Assembly: GCF_039654945.1 (NCBI RefSeq)
Contig: NW_027361690.1
Coordinates: forward strand, 19,654,001-19,718,000
Direction: 5' to 3'
DNA from: Dendrobates tinctorius
Lineage: Eukaryota
Length of the DNA: 64,000 nt
In this document: in pieces, positions 14,802-29,437 of the stretch
Layout: each line of letters starts with the position of its first letter
How positions within the stretch are numbered: position 1 is the first letter of the stretch
Position numbers and translations under genes: made by a program
Notes under the pieces: model-generated
Database searches by the model: none
Seen by the model: the letters and a program-made list of their open reading frames with translations, nothing else
Told to the model about the DNA's origin: nothing

Positions 14802-16318
14802 AAAAACTAAAACTCAGCAGAAAAGCTCAGTGTGAACACACACCTAGGGATTTCATCAGGAGTTTTTGGAGCAGAAAACTCCTCCAAAAACCATGAGGCA
14901 TTTAAAACCTGCAAGTTTTGATTGGAAAGGTGGGCTATGTGTGCACAGTCTTTTTTCTGAGTTTTCAGAGCAAAAACAAAGTGGAACTTGATTGTGAGGA
15001 GTTTTGAGGTTTGAAGTTGGATTTGAATATTTTCTGCACAGTTTCTACCCCAAAAATGTATTGAAAAACTCTGTGTGCACATAGCTTTGGAGAGTTTCTG
15101 CTCCAAAAATTCATCAAGAAACTCAATGTGAGCATACCCTGAGGATATGGGCATATGACCACTTAACCCGGACGGCAGAGCCGATGTTCTTCTAGGCTGA
15201 GCCACTTCAGGAAATAGCCAGTGTGGTTTTTTTTTCCTCAAGTGGCTTTGTTGGTAGTTTGGCTGTTGTGTTTTCTATCTTTTTTCCTATTTTTTAACTA
15301 TATAGAGTGGGTGGTTTCCATATGAAGCCATCTGAAGAATGAACAAGTTCCTTTTTTTATGATTTCAGAACCCTGAAGATTTCAAAGAAGTAACACAAAT
15401 TGAACATGTGCACAGCAATGTTGTTTTTGCATTGCTGGGTAGTGTGTTCATTTTTTGAGGCGGGTTTGCAGCGCTTTTTCGGGCAGGTTTCAGAATCACT
15501 CTGCCTGAAAGAGACGTCATGTGCATATACTCCTAGGGCGAACTAAAAATGGATGTATAGCTGACTTTCTTATGGGTTATGAGTCTTTTGTCTAAATTCA
15601 ACAACAAATTAAAGTCGTGCTCAAATTTGATGAAAGGAATAGTTGTATAAGCATAAGACAATCCACTCCTGAGTCCTGCCAACAAGTTTTATACATATTA
15701 CGAACTTTGAAAGCTGAACACTTGTAAAACTAAGATAGTTTAGATAAGAAAGTCCAATGAGATTGTCAATGACTTCATTTCTCAGCGTGTAAAAAATCAA
15801 AAATCTCACAGGCCTGACACATACAACACATAAAACTTTACTGTACTGCACAACTATTACAAATGAAAGATTGTTACCAGCTTGTTTAGCTATACACTGT
15901 GACAGGCTCTTACTCTCCCCGGGATGATGGGGTTATCACTTCTACTTGAAAAAAGGAAAGCATCTCCCTTCACCTACATATACTGTTACTGCTGATTCCG
16001 TCATTAAACAGGGTTAACGGAAAGTTCACACTGAATCACTGCTCACATTCTAAGCACTGGATAAAGATCGGAGCCAAGGTAAACATTGCTTACAAGTACT
16101 CCCAAAGTCTCATCACTAGCACTGCAGAATGCTGAGCGTGCTGGTGACTGGGATAGACAACTTCCAGATCTAACGAAGCCTTCCAATCCCAATCTGCATA
16201 CAAATATTATATTCATGCAACCGAGCCTAATTGTCTAGAAAACCGCCACTTCCATTCAGAAAGTGAAAGTTAACTAATAAGAGAGAACAGTAGTCAAAGT
16301 GACAGATTCTGTACAAAT

Positions 16319-19300
16319 ATTATGCACACTCTCCATCTCTCTATTATGCACACTCTCCATCTCTCTATTATGCACACTCGCCATCTCTCTATTATGCACA
16401 CTCGCCATCTCTCTATTATGCACACTCTCCATCTCTCTATCATGCACACTCTCCATCTCTCTATCATGCACACTCTCCATCTCTCTAATATGCACACTCT
16501 CCATCTCTCTATTACGCACACTCTCCATCTGTCTATTATACACTCTCCATCTGTCTATTATGCACACTCTCCATCTCTCTATTATGCACACTCTCCATCT
16601 CTATTATGCACACTCTCCATCTCTCTATTATGCACACTCTCCATCTCTATTATGCACACGCTCCATCTCTCTATTATGCACACTCTCCATCTCTCTATTA
16701 TGCACACTCTCCATCTCTTTCTCATGCACACTCTCCATCTCTCTATCATACACACTCTCCATCTCTCTATTATGCACACTCTCCATCTCTGTATTATGCA
16801 CACTCTCCATCTCTATTATGCACACTCTCCATCTCTCTATCACGCACACTCTCCATCTCTCTATTATGCACACTCTCCATCTCTCTAATATGCACACTCT
16901 CCATCTCTCTATTACGCACACTCTCCATCTGTCTATTATACACTCTTCATCTGTCTATTATGCACACTCTTCATCTCTCTATTAAACACACTCTCCATCT
17001 CTCTATCATGCACACTCTCCATCTCTCTATAATGCACACTCTCCATCTCTCTAATATGCACACTCTCCATCTCTCTAATACGCACACTCTACATCTGTCT
17101 ATTATACACTCTCCATCTGTCTATTGTGCACACTCTCCATCTCTATTATGCACACTCTCCATCATACACACTCTCCATCTCTCTATTATGCACACTCTCC
17201 ATCTCTGTATTATGCACACTCTCCATCTCTATTATGCACACTCTCCATCTCTCTATCACGCACACTCTCCATCTCTCTATTATGCACACTCTCCATCTCT
17301 CTAATATGCACACTCTCCATCTCTCTATTACGCACACTCTCCATCATACACACTCTCCATCTCTCTATTATGCACACTCTCCATCTCTATTATGCACACT
17401 CTCCATCATACACACTCTCCATCTCTCTATTATGCACACTCTCCATCTCTGTATTATGCACACTCTCCATCTCTATTATGCACACTCTCCATCTCTCTAT
17501 CACGCACACTCTCCATCTCTCTATTATGCACACTCTCCATCTCTCTAATATGCACACTCTCCATCTCTCTATTACACACACTCTCCATTTGTCTATTATA
17601 CACTCTTCATCTGTCTATTATGCACACTCTTCATCTCTCTATTATGCACACTCTCCATCTCTATTCTGCACACTCTCCATCTCTCTATAATGCACACTCT
17701 CCATCTCTATTATGCACACTCTCCATCTCTCTATCATGCACACTCTCCATCTCTCTATTATGCACACTCTCCATCTTTCTATCATGCACACTCTCCATCT
17801 CTCTATTATGCACACTCTCCATCTCTCTATCATGCACACTCTCCATCTCTCTATTATGCACACTCTCCATCTCTCTATTATACACACACTCCATCTCTCT
17901 ATTATGCACACTCTCCATCTCTCTATTAGCCACACTCTCCATCTCTCTATTATGCACACTCTCCATCTCTCTATTATGCACATTCTCTCCATCTCTCTGT
18001 TATGCACACTCTTCAGCTCTCTATTATGCACACTCAATCTCTCTTTTATACACACACTCCATCTCTCTATTATGCACATTCTCCAACTGTATTATGCACA
18101 CTGTCCATCTCTCTATCATGCACACTCTCCATCTCTCTATTATGCACACTCTCCATCTCTCTATTATGCACACTCTCCATCTTTCCATTATGCACTCTCT
18201 CCATCTCTCTGTTATGCACTGTCCAGCTCTCTATTATGCACACTATCCATCTCTCTATTAGCCACACTCTCCATCTCTCTATTATGCACACTCTCCATCT
18301 CTCTATTATGCACATTCTCTCCATCTCTCTGTTATGCACACTCTCCATCTCTCTTTTATACACACACTCCATCTCTCTATTATGCACATTCTCCATCTCT
18401 ATTATGCACACTGTCCATCTCTCTATCATACACACTCTCCATCTCTCTATTATGCACACTCTCCATCTTTCCATTATGCACACTCTCTCCATCTCTCTAT
18501 TATGCACTGTCCATCTCTATTATGCACACTGTCCATCTCTCTATCATGCACACTCTCCATCTCTCTGTTATGCACACTCTCCATCTCTATTATGCACACT
18601 GTCCATCTCTCTATCATGCACTCTCTCTATCTCTCTATTATGCACACTCTCCATCTTTCCATTATGCACACTCTCTCCATCTCTCTATTATGCACACTCT
18701 TCATCTCTATTATACACACACTCCACCTCTCTATTATGCACACTCTCCATCTATCATACACACTCTCCAACTCTCTATTATGCACACTCTCCATCTATCA
18801 TACACACTCTCCAGCTCTCTATTATGCACTCTCCAGCTCTCTATTATGCACACTATTCAGCTCTCTATTATGCACACTCTCTCCATCTCTCTATTATACA
18901 CACTCTCCATCTCTCTATTATGCACACTCTCCATCTCTCTACTATGCACACACTCCACCTATCTATTATGCACACTCTCCATCTCTCTATTATGCACACT
19001 CTCCATCTCTCTATTATACACACACTCCATCTCTCTATTATGCACACTCTCCATCTCTCTATTAGCCACACTCTCCATCTCTCTATTATGCACACTCTCT
19101 CCATCTCTCTGTTATGCACACTCTTCAGCTCTCTATTATGCACACTGTCCATCTCTCTTTTATACACACACTCCATCTCTCTATTATGCACATTCTCCAT
19201 CTCTATTATGCACACTGTCCATCTCTCTATCATGCACACTCTCCATCTCTCTATTATGCACACTCTCCATCTCTCTATTATGCACACTCTCCATCTTTCC

Positions 19301-20493
19301 ATTATGCACACTATCTCCATCTCTCTGTTATGCACTGTCCAGCTCTCTATTATGCACACTCTCCATCTCTCTATTAGCCACACTCTCCAGCTCTCTATTA
19401 TGCACACTCTCCATCTCTCTATTATGCACATTCTCTCCATCTCTCTGTTATGCACTCTCTTCAGCTCTCTTTTATACATACACTCCATCTCTCTATTATG
19501 CACATTCTCTCTATCTCTCTGTTATGCACACTCTCCATCTCTCTTTTATACACACACTTCACCTCTCTATTATGCACACTCTCCATCTCTCTATTATGCA
19601 CACTCTCCATCTATCATACACACTCTCCAACTCTCTATTATGCACACTCTCCATCTCTTTATTATGCACACTCTCCAGCTCTCTATTATGCACACTCTCC
19701 AGCTCTCTATTATGCACAATCTCTCCATCTCTCTATTATACACACTCTCCATCTCTCTATTATGCACACTCTCCATCTCTCTACTATGCACACACTCCAC
19801 CTATCTATTATGCACACTCTCCATCTCTCTATTATGCACACTCTCCATCTATCATGCACACTCCCTATCTCTCTTTTATGCACACTCTCCATCTCTCTAT
19901 TATGCACACTCTCTATCTCTCTATTATGCACACTCTCCATCTCTCTATCATACACACTCTCCATCTCTCTATTATGCACACTGTCCATCTCTCTATTATG
20001 CACACTCTCCATCTCTCTATTATGCACACTCTCCAGCGCTCTATTATGCACACTCTCCAGCGCTCTATTATGCACACTCTCCAGCGCTCTATTATGCACA
20101 CTCTCTCCATCTCTCTATTATACACTCTCCATCTCTCTATTATGCACTCTTCATCTCTCTACTATGCACACACTCCACCTCTCTATTATGCACACTCTCC
20201 ATCTCTCTATTATACACACTCTCCATCTATCATGCACACTCTCCATCTCTCTTTTATGCACTCTCTCCATCTCTCTGGTATGCACACTCTCTATCTCTCT
20301 ATTATGCACACTCTCCATCTCTCTATCATACACACTCTCCATCTCTCTATTATGCACAGTCTATCTCTCAGTTATGCACACTCTCCATCTCTCTACTATG
20401 CACACACTCCACCTCTCTATTATGCACACTCTCCATCTCTCTATTATGCACACTCTCCATCTATCATACACACTCTCCTCTCTATTATGCACA
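16319..20493. repeat. 24-bp minisatellite (ATTATGCACACTCTCCATCTCTCT)n, left part
   Basis: Directly visible. It explains the 8-aa periodic ORFs (MHTLHLSI). Confidence 0.98.
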
Positions 20494-21521
20494 TGTGGTG
20501 CCCTCAGGAGTATGGTCGCCACAATGGCATTGCCTTCCTCCAGGGAGGGTGATGTCATGCTTGGATGCAAGGAAGGGTCTCTCTAGCAGTTAATCATTTA
20601 CATGCAACACAGCTCCCACTCCGGGCCAGCAGAGGGAGCTCTGAACCAGAATTGGGGGAGGAGTGCTCTCTGAGGGCCAGGAGGGGGAAATGAGGAGTGA
20701 GTGTGAGGAGGGCAACGTGTGTAGACGTGTGGAGAGAAGCTGGAGGTTGAGCTGAGGAAAGAGAGCTCCCTCCCAGTGATAGCGCATGATCTGGAGCCTG
20801 GTCTCCACGGTTGTATGGATACTGAAGGTCCTGCAACAGAAACCAGAGAAATAGGAAGCTGTAAATGCTTTATTTACAACTAAGACTCGGAGGCACAACA
20901 GCGACGGGTGAGCCAAGAGAGATAGAGGGCTACAGCTGTCTGCCATACGAGGTAGTTCTAAGAGAAGATAAGAAGGAGGAACTTCAGTGTAACACTGTAC
21001 TGCATGTACCTCAAGCCAGCGCTAGGAATAAGACTACACAACCCATCTGATAGAGAGATCCCTGAGTTGCTTCCAGGCTAGCCTGCTCCTGTGCCATCTG
21101 TAATCAGGACACTGGACTACGTTTGCCAAGTAAAGGTGAAGAAACTGCACCCTGTTGTGTCCTTGCCTCCTTCCTGCAACATCCTCAGCACTGCTACATC
21201 TCTGTGCCAAACACTGCACCCTCTTCCTAAACATTCCGCTACACTTCCCTGGGACCAACAGCCCTACCTGTGGAGGGCTACAACATCATTGCTGAACTAC
21301 ACCATCTGTCCCAGAGGATCTGTCTGCAGCGTCGGCTTAACACCTCCCTTGCCGAACACCACAGGTGGCGTCACGAATCACTTATAAACTTTATTCCCAA
21401 CTCAACCCCTGTTACATGGGTGCCCAGGGCTACGGATCGGGACACCGCTGCTGTGACATTCCCCTCTGAAAGACCGGCCCGGTACCGAGTACCCCACAGC
21501 CCTGAGAGGGCGACCCATTTT

Positions 21522-21539
21522 TGGCATCACGAACAGGAT
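21522..21539 (+). promoter_or_regulatory. Primer binding site, tRNA-Ser(CGA)-like
   Basis: TGGCaTCACGAACAGGAT is complementary (1 mismatch) to the vertebrate tRNA-Ser 3' end ...ATCCTGTTCGTGACG-CCA, as I recall it. Confidence 0.8.
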
Positions 21540-21833
21540 TACAGAGCCCGGTATCCCCGGGTCCTGTGTGCCAGAGACTGTGTTGTGTGCTATAGACTGT
21601 GTGCGAAATTGGCGCCATTGCCGTCATTATCCCGCTGATTGGCGCGCGCAGGAAGAAAAGGGGGCAGGCTTTTGTGGGCGGAGCCAGCCGAGAAGCGTGA
21701 AAGGAGAAGAGTGCGCGGGAAGTGAAAAGCTGAGGCCTACAGTTCCGGCGTCCCTTGATCCCGCCGAGGAGCAGCATCCGGTAAGCCAGCACAACCCCGC
21801 GGCCTGGCCCACGTTAACTAGGGGGGAGAGAAA

Positions 21834-22909
21834 ATGTCTGAGGACAATGCCAATGTAGTGGCGGACGCTCCCGCTAACCTCCCAGCGCGGCCAGATGCAG
21901 GGTCCAGTGCAGCTGCGGCTCCAACAGCGACACTGAATCCGGCAGCCAGCGCTGCCACCAGGGCACAGCAAGAATCAGCGCCCACCGCAGCGGTCCCCAT
22001 AATGCCGCTGTCCATGCCCTACATACCAGGAGCGGCCTGGCTACCGCAGTACTCGGGTGAGTCACATACCCTGAGTGAATTCAAAGAGAGACTGTGCAGT
22101 TTGTTTGAGGTGTATCCTCTATCTGAAAGCCAGAAGGTGAACATCCTGATTGGGCAGCTAACAGGTGCAGCACAGAGAGAAATAAAAGCCTGGCAGGACA
22201 CTGACAAAGAGACTGTTAAAAAGATTTTGGCCAAGCTAAGGAGCACCTTTGACACCCGCACTGCCGCTGAAATCAAGATGAAGTTCTTTAGATGTAAACA
22301 GAAAGTACAGGACAGTATAAGGGACTATGCTCTTAACCTGCAGGAGGCGCTACGAGCCATCAAGCAAATTGATCCTGACAGTGTGAAAGAGGAAGACAAA
22401 CTGTTAAAAGAGCAGTTCATTGAAGGACTTCTATCCAGTACCCACAGAGCGCAGCTGCGCATCATAACCCTACAAAATCTTGACCTGGACTTTGCTGATT
22501 TCAAGGACAGGGCTATTCGGGTACTGCAGGAACCAACTGTCAGTCGTCCAGCGCCCCCTAGGCGCCCAGCGATCACCTACCACCAGGAAGCAACATCTTT
22601 CCCTTCCATCCCTGTTGAGGATGATGCACAGACTCTGGATAAAGATCCAACAGAAGAGCTGCGTCTTCAGGTCCAGGAGTTGACCAAAGGTATGGCTGCA
22701 CTTACTAAAACCGTGCAGTCCCTGCAGGTGTCCTCCAAGGAGAAGATCCAGCTTGCTTCCAGTCCAGAGGATGTCCCGTAGCTCCGGAAGAGGAGAACCC
22801 CGCCACTCCGAGGGAGGAACAATGACCACTATGACCAGGATGGACGGCCCATCTGCCGTCGCTGCCACAAGGCAGGCCATCTTGCAAGATTCTGTCCTTT
22901 AAACGAGTA
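21834..22909 (+). pseudogene. Gypsy gag with premature stop (22779-22781) before a CCHC zinc knuckle
   Basis: Capsid-like region (DYALNL..., KEQFIEGL). The same frame continues to CRRCHKAGHLARFC. Confidence 0.85.
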
Positions 22910-23002
22910 ACCCCTGGGGCAGAGGGCCAACCCCCAGGAGTAGGACCACAAGGCCCAAAGAACTGGCGAGCCAAGTATGTTGGAGGGAGACCGATCCTTC
23001 CA

Positions 23003-26000
23003 GTGGTGATTGACGGCATCCCCATGAACGCTTTGCTGGACACTGGCTCCCAGGTGACCACTATGCCCTATATCCTCTACAAGCGGTATTGGGCTGACTC
23101 TGAACTCACCCGTGGCCCAACTGATGAACTAACAGTAGTTGCCAGTAATGGTCAGTCTTTACCACAAGTGGGATGTAAAGAAATTACTGTTAAAGTGGGG
23201 AGGGTGGAGTTAAGATCTCAAGGTCTGATAGTTGTGGATATTGATCGACAAGAATGTAATCCCATGATGACTCTTGGTACAAATGTAATTGAAAATTGCC
23301 TTTCCGAGGTTATTGTCTTGTTGCAACAGGTGGCTGAGACTGCTGGTTCCAGTGAACAACGAGTCCTGCAGAAGGAGATCAAGGCCCTGATGCAAAGACA
23401 GCAGGTAGAACTCTCTGGCGGAGAAATTGGAAGCGTCAGAGTGAGTGATGCTTTCCCCCATTGCAATACCCACCAGATGTGAAATGTTGATTTGGTGTTG
23501 GGCAGCTATAGGTCTCAGAGGAAAAGATTACCAGGCATTGGTAGAGCCAGTATACTCTGATAGCAGGCCCACTGTCCTGACAGTCAGAGGGGTAGTTGAT
23601 GTACGTAAAGGGAGAGTACCTGTACGCCTTTTGAATTATGGGGAGGAGAAGGCCACAATAATAATATACAATAATATAATGCAATGCAGGCAGCAGAGCC
23701 CTTGGTCTCATCCGACCAGGTGGAGGACAATGGCTCTGTAAAGCAGCTGAGGAGTGGTGCCAGCAACTGCAGGTGAGGACTGAGGCTACTTTCACACTTG
23801 CGTTTTTTTTTGCGATGCGCACCGTGCGCAGAGCAAACGCACATAAAAAACGCATCATGCGTTTGTGTGCTTTTTTTGCAGGTTTTGGTGCTTTTTGTTG
23901 CGCATACGTATGCGCACGCAGACTATAATGGGTGTTTAGCTGTAAAAAAAACACATTGCACCTATGCGCACCCATGTAAAAGATAGGGGAAAAAACGCAT
24001 GCTTTTTTTGCGATAAAAAAACGCAAGTGTGAAACCAGCCTGACTCTACACCTTCATACCAGAAAAATGGGGTTTACAGGGTGACCCAGGAATATGAGCG
24101 GGTGTTCAGTAAACACCCTCTGGATTTTGAGAGGGCAAAGGGGGTTCAACATCATATCCCCACTGGAGATAATCCACCCATTAAAGAAAGGTACCGGCCT
24201 ATACCCCCAACACAATACCAATGTGCTAAAAGTATGGTGAGAGAGATGAAGGAAGCAGGGGTCATCAGAGACAGTTGTAGCCCCTGGGCAGCCCCAATAG
24301 TTTTTGTAAAGACAAAGGACGGTACCATGAGAATGTGTGTTGATTACAGGAAAATTAACAGCATTACACATAAAGATGCCTACCCATTACCCAGAATTGA
24401 AGAGTCCTTAGCTGCACTTAAAACTGCTAACTATTTTTCCACCTTAGCTCTCACTAGTGGGTATTGGCAGGTTCCAGTGGCAGAGGCAGACAAGGAGAAA
24501 ACAGCATTTACCACCCCAATGGGTCTCTGTGAGTTCAACTATATGCCATTCGGGCTCTGCACTGCCCCAGGAACATTTCAACAGCTGATGGAGTGCTGCC
24601 TGGGACACATGAACTTTGAGACAGTCCTGTTGTACCTTGATGATGTCATTGTTTTCTCCAAGACTTATGAAGACCATCTGGAGCACCTGGCTGAGGTGTT
24701 TGAAGCCTTGTCCAACTTTGGCCTGAAGGTGAAGCCTTCCAAATGCCACCTCCTGAAGCCCAAGGTACAGTACCTCGGTCATGTAGTGAGTGCAGAAGGT
24801 GTGGCACCAGATCCTGACAAAGTCCCAGTCATCTGGGACTGGCCGAAGCCGAGCAACCTCCATGAAGTATGCCAATTCCTCGGGTTGGTAGGCTACTACC
24901 GAAGGTTCATCAAAGGCTTCACTGAAATAGCCACTCCTATGCAAAATCTTCTGGTGGGGCATTCCAAGAAAGCCAAACAGAAGAATTCCACATTTGAATG
25001 GACTGAGGAGTTGGAGAGGTCCTTCACCCGACTGAAGATGGCTCTCACAGGAGATGAAGTTCTGGCCTACCCATATTATGACCAGCCCTTTGTGTTGTAT
25101 ACCGATGCCAGCAACGTGGGACTGGGAGCAGTACTGTCACAGGTACAGAATGGCAAAGAAAGAGTGATCTCCTACACCAGCAGGAAGCTTTGTCCCACTG
25201 AAAGGAACCCTGACAACTACAGTTCCTTCAAGCTGGAGTTCCTCGCCATAGTCTGGGCTGTGACTGAAAGATTCAAGCATTACCTAGCTTTCGCCAAGTA
25301 TACCATCTTCACGGACAACAACCCGTTGACTCACTTGGAAACTGCAAAACTGGGTGCACTGGAGCAGCGATGGATGGCTCGGCTGTCTAACTATGAGTTT
25401 ACCATCAAGTACCGAGCAGGGCACAAGAATGCCAATGCTGATGCGCTGTCCAGAATGCCTAATCTGCCAGATGCAGGAGAAGACCCTGAGGCTCTTGAAG
25501 AAATAGAGTTACCTCCCTTCCACCGGCCAATTGCAGCCCAACGTGCCCAAGGAGTGAGAAACAGATGGTCTGGCTTGAGAGAGGCCACCATAAATCCATT
25601 GCCTCATCATGAGTGGGCAGAAATGCAGGATAGTGACCCCGCAGTCCACCTGGTGAAGGAGCTACTGTAGCAAGCTGACTCACGCCCAGAGTCGGATGCT
25701 CCTGAAGAAACCCAGCAGTTGTGGAAGGAAAGAGGTCGGCTGTTCATTTATGAAGGAAAGCTGTGTCAGAGGAGTATCAATGCCCGCACTCATGAGCTGG
25801 TCTGGCAGGTGGTAGTCCCAAAGAGAGAGGCATCAATGGTCTTGGAAGCATACCACAATGGAGCTGGCCACTTCGGATGGAAGAAGTTGGAAGCATTGCT
25901 CCGGGAGAGATTCTACTGGGCTGGTATGAGGAAAGCCATTGAAAGGTGGTGCCGGGAGTGTGGACAATGTAACCTGCGCAGAAAGGATCGAAACAGCCAG

Positions 26001-27320
26001 AGAGCTCTTCTACAGCCAATAATAACCAAACAGCCACTTGAGTTGGTCGCCCTAGACCATGTGAAGCTGGTCCCAAGCCGCTCAGGCTACATCTATGCTC
26101 TTACCATCGTGGACCACTACTCAAGATTCCTGGTAGTCGTGCCTGTCAAAGATCAAACAGCCAGGACAGCAGCCCGAGCCTTTCAACAGCACTTCTGTAG
26201 GCCATACAGTTACCCTGAGAGAGTGCTTACAGATCAAGGTCCCGCTTTTGAGGCAGAAGTGTTCCAGGAATTCTGTAACTTGTACGGTTGTAAGAAGATC
26301 AGGACAACACCGTACCATCCACAGACCAATGGCATGTGTGAAAAGATGAACAAGGTAGTGATTGACCTACTGAAGACCTTGCCTTTGGAGAGGAATCTGT
26401 GGCCAGAAAAGTTGCCAGATCTTGTAGACCTCTACAACCACATTCCTGTGAATTCCACCAACTGCACTCCAGCCTACCTAATGAGAGCGAGGCCTGGTAA
26501 ACTGCCTATTGATTTGGATATGGGAGTCCTGACACCTGAGGTGACATCACCAGAGGCTGACTGGGACACAGAGAGGCAGCAACAGTACAGAAGAGTACAA
26601 GAATGTGTGGAAAAGAGTCTAGCTCAGGCAAGACAAAAACAAGAGAGGAACTACAATCAGCATGCACCTGCAGTTCCCTTGTCACCAGGAGAACAAGTCC
26701 TCAAGAGGAAAAGGAGGATGCATAAATTGGATGACCAGTGAGAAGCTGAACCCTATACCATTCTACCCTCAAACTTTGACAATACCAAGGTGTGCAATAT
26801 TAGTAAAGACGGAAGAGAAACCTCAGCAGCAATATCAAGGGATCATTTGAAACTATGCCCTGACCAGCTAAAAGGAAGAATGGAAGAACAAAATAACATC
26901 CAAACCGTAGAAGAAGAAAAGGTCAGCACCATACTTGGAGAATTCCCTGCAAATTGGACTAAAGTAAATGATGCTATATTGGTGCCAGTGTTGACATTTC
27001 CCCAACTGGTAGTACAAGAAGAAGTGACTCAAGAGAATCCTGAAAATCAGGAAAATCGGGCAGCAGATGCCACACCAGCAGTGGAGCTAGAGAACACTCA
27101 CCCTGCCAGTGGTGAACCTGTCATGCCCAAAGTGAGTAGAACTGGTCCTAGGAAATCTAGTAATCCTGTGCTACGCAGAACCACCAGTAGTGTATCCAGT
27201 ACATTACACACTACACTAGTAGTTAGCACCAGGCAACCAGTAAGGTCCCCAATCACACCAGTGTTACGCAGATCTACCCGTACTACTCAAGGTATACCAC
27301 CCATCAGATTCCGCATATAA
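23003..27320 (+). pseudogene. Gypsy pol (protease, RT, RNase H, integrase), interrupted
   Basis: LLDTGS; SPWAAP, VDYRK, YLDD; TDASN; ALDH, TDQG, GMCEK. Contains a frameshift, stops and a MITE insertion. Confidence 0.93.
23784..24040. mobile_element. PIF/Harbinger-like MITE inserted in pol
   Basis: TGA|GGCTACTTTCACACTTGCG...CGCAAGTGTGAAACCAGCC|TGA. Confidence 0.88.
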
Positions 27321-28695
27321 ATAAGTTAAAGTAATGTTAACCTGTACATGTACATATGTAACTGTTTTCAAGTTGGTACCTACAGATAATCTGTAAGATT
27401 GTTCCTTTTTGAATTTTTCCCGCTTGTTTTCATGGACATTTTGACCACAGGACTGTGTGTGGTCACTACCTTGTAAATAGTTCACCATTTGCCCAGGAAT
27501 GGACCATGGACATTGATGCTTGGACTTATCATCATAGGACTATTTTTGGAGCCTTTGGTTTTTGTAATTTTTCCTTTTTTTCAAATCTTGTAACCTTCAT
27601 ATTGTTTATCTGTTTATATGGTGTTTTATGCTTTTCATCAGCCCAGGAGTGCTGACTTGCACTAGGGGGAATGTGGCGCCCCCAGGAGTATGGTCGCCAC
27701 AATGGCATTGCCTTCCTCCAGGGATGGTGATGTTATGCCTGGAAGCAAGGAAGGGTCTCTCTAGCAGTTAATCATTTACATGCAATACAGTTCCCACTCC
27801 GGGCCAGCAGAGGGAGCTCTGAACCAGAATTGGGGGAGGAGTGCTCTCTGAGGGCCAGGAGGGGGAAATGAGGAGTGATTGTGAGGAGGGCAATGTGTGT
27901 AGACATGTGGAGAGAAGCTGGAGGTTGAGCTGAGAAAAGAGAGCTCCCTCCCAGTGATAGCGCATGATCTGGAGCCTGGTCTCCACGGTTGTATGGATAC
28001 TGAAGGTCCTGCAACAGAAACCAGAGAAATAGGAAGCTGTAAATGCTCTATTCCCAACTAAGACTCGGAGGCACAACAGCGACGGGTGAGCCAAGAGAGA
28101 TAGAGGGCTACAGCTGTCTGCCATACGAGGTAGTTCTAAGAGAAGATAAGAAGGAGGAACTTCAGTGTAACAAAGTACTGCATGTACCTCAAGCCAGCGC
28201 TAGGAAGGAGACTACACAACCCATCTGATAGAGAGATTCCTGAGTTGCTTCCATGCTAGCCTGCTCCTGTGTCATCTGTAATCAGGACCCTGGACTGCGT
28301 TTGCCAAGTAAAGGTAAAGAAACTGCACCCTGTTGTGTCCTTGCCTCCTTCCTGCAACATCCTCAGCACTGCTACATCTCTGTGCCAAACACTGCACCCT
28401 CTTCCTAAACATTCCGCTACACTTCCCTGGGACCAACATCCCTTCCTGTGGAGGGCTACAACATCATTGCTGCACTACACCATCTGTCCCAGGGGATCTG
28501 TCTGCAGCGTCGGATTAACACCTCCCTTGACGAACACCACAGGTGGCGTCACGAATCACCTATAAACTTTATTCCCAACTCAACCCCTTTTACATGGGTG
28601 CCCAGAGCCACGGACCGGGTCGCCGCTGCTGTGACAATCCCCTCTGAGAGACCGGCCCGGTACCGAGTACCCCACAGCCCTGGGAAAGCGACCCA

Positions 28696-28899
28696 CACAC
28701 TCTCTCTATCTCTCTATTATGCACACACTCCACCTCTCTATTATGCACACTCTCTCTATCTCTCTATTATGCACACACTCCACCTCTCTATTATGCACAC
28801 TCTCTCTATCTCTCTATTATGCACACTCTCCATCTCTCTATCATAAACACTCTCCATCTCTCTATTATGCACACTCTCCATCACTCTATTATGCACACA
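28696..28899. repeat. Right part of the 24-bp minisatellite
   Basis: The same unit resumes after the 3' LTR. Confidence 0.93.
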
Positions 28900-28919
28900 T
28901 AAGCATAGCAATCAAGTGT

Positions 28920-29437
28920 GTGTCTCCCTGTGCTTGATTGGCCAGCAAACTCGTCTGACCTTAACCCTATAGAGAATCTCTGGGGTATTGTCACAAGGAA
29001 GATGAGAGACACCAGACCCAACAAAACAGATGAGCTGAAGGCTGCTATCAAAGCAACCTGGGCTTCCATAACACCTCAGCAGTGCCACAGGCTGATCGCC
29101 TCCATGCCACGCCGCATTGACGCAGTAATTGATGCAAAAGGAGCCCCGACCAAGTATTGAGTGCATTTACTGAACCTACAATTAAGTAGGCCAACATTTC
29201 AGATATTAAAATCATTTTTCAAGCTGGTGTTATAAAGTATTCTAAGTTACTGAGATAATGACTTTTGGGTTTTCATTGGCTATACGCTATAATCATCAAC
29301 ATTAACAGAAATAAACACTTGAAATAGATCACTCTGTGTGTAATGACTCTATAGAATATAGGAGATTCACTTTTTGTATTGAAGAACTGAAATAAATTAA
29401 CTTTTTAACGATATTTTAATTTTGTGAGATGCACCTG
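28920..29437 (+). mobile_element. Tc1 3' fragment
   Basis: [16 protein letters not shown]...AKGAPTKY*; ends GATGCACCTG|TA. Confidence 0.88.

Larger units (their letters stand above)
20494..28695 (+). mobile_element. Full-length Ty3/Gypsy LTR retrotransposon (degenerate)
   Basis: Two 1024-bp TG...CA LTRs (20494-21517, 27672-28695), 4-bp TSD CACA, PBS, PPT AGGGGGAA, gag and PR-RT-RH-IN. Confidence 0.97.

Noticed and set aside
14300-15535. Cluster of decayed Harbinger-like MITE ends
   Set aside because: Boundaries could not be fixed reliably, apart from 14609-14801.
16299-20593. Very long ORFs (up to 946 aa) with HTLHLSI/CTLSISL repeats
   Set aside because: They are translations of a stop-poor 24-bp minisatellite in all frames, not genes.
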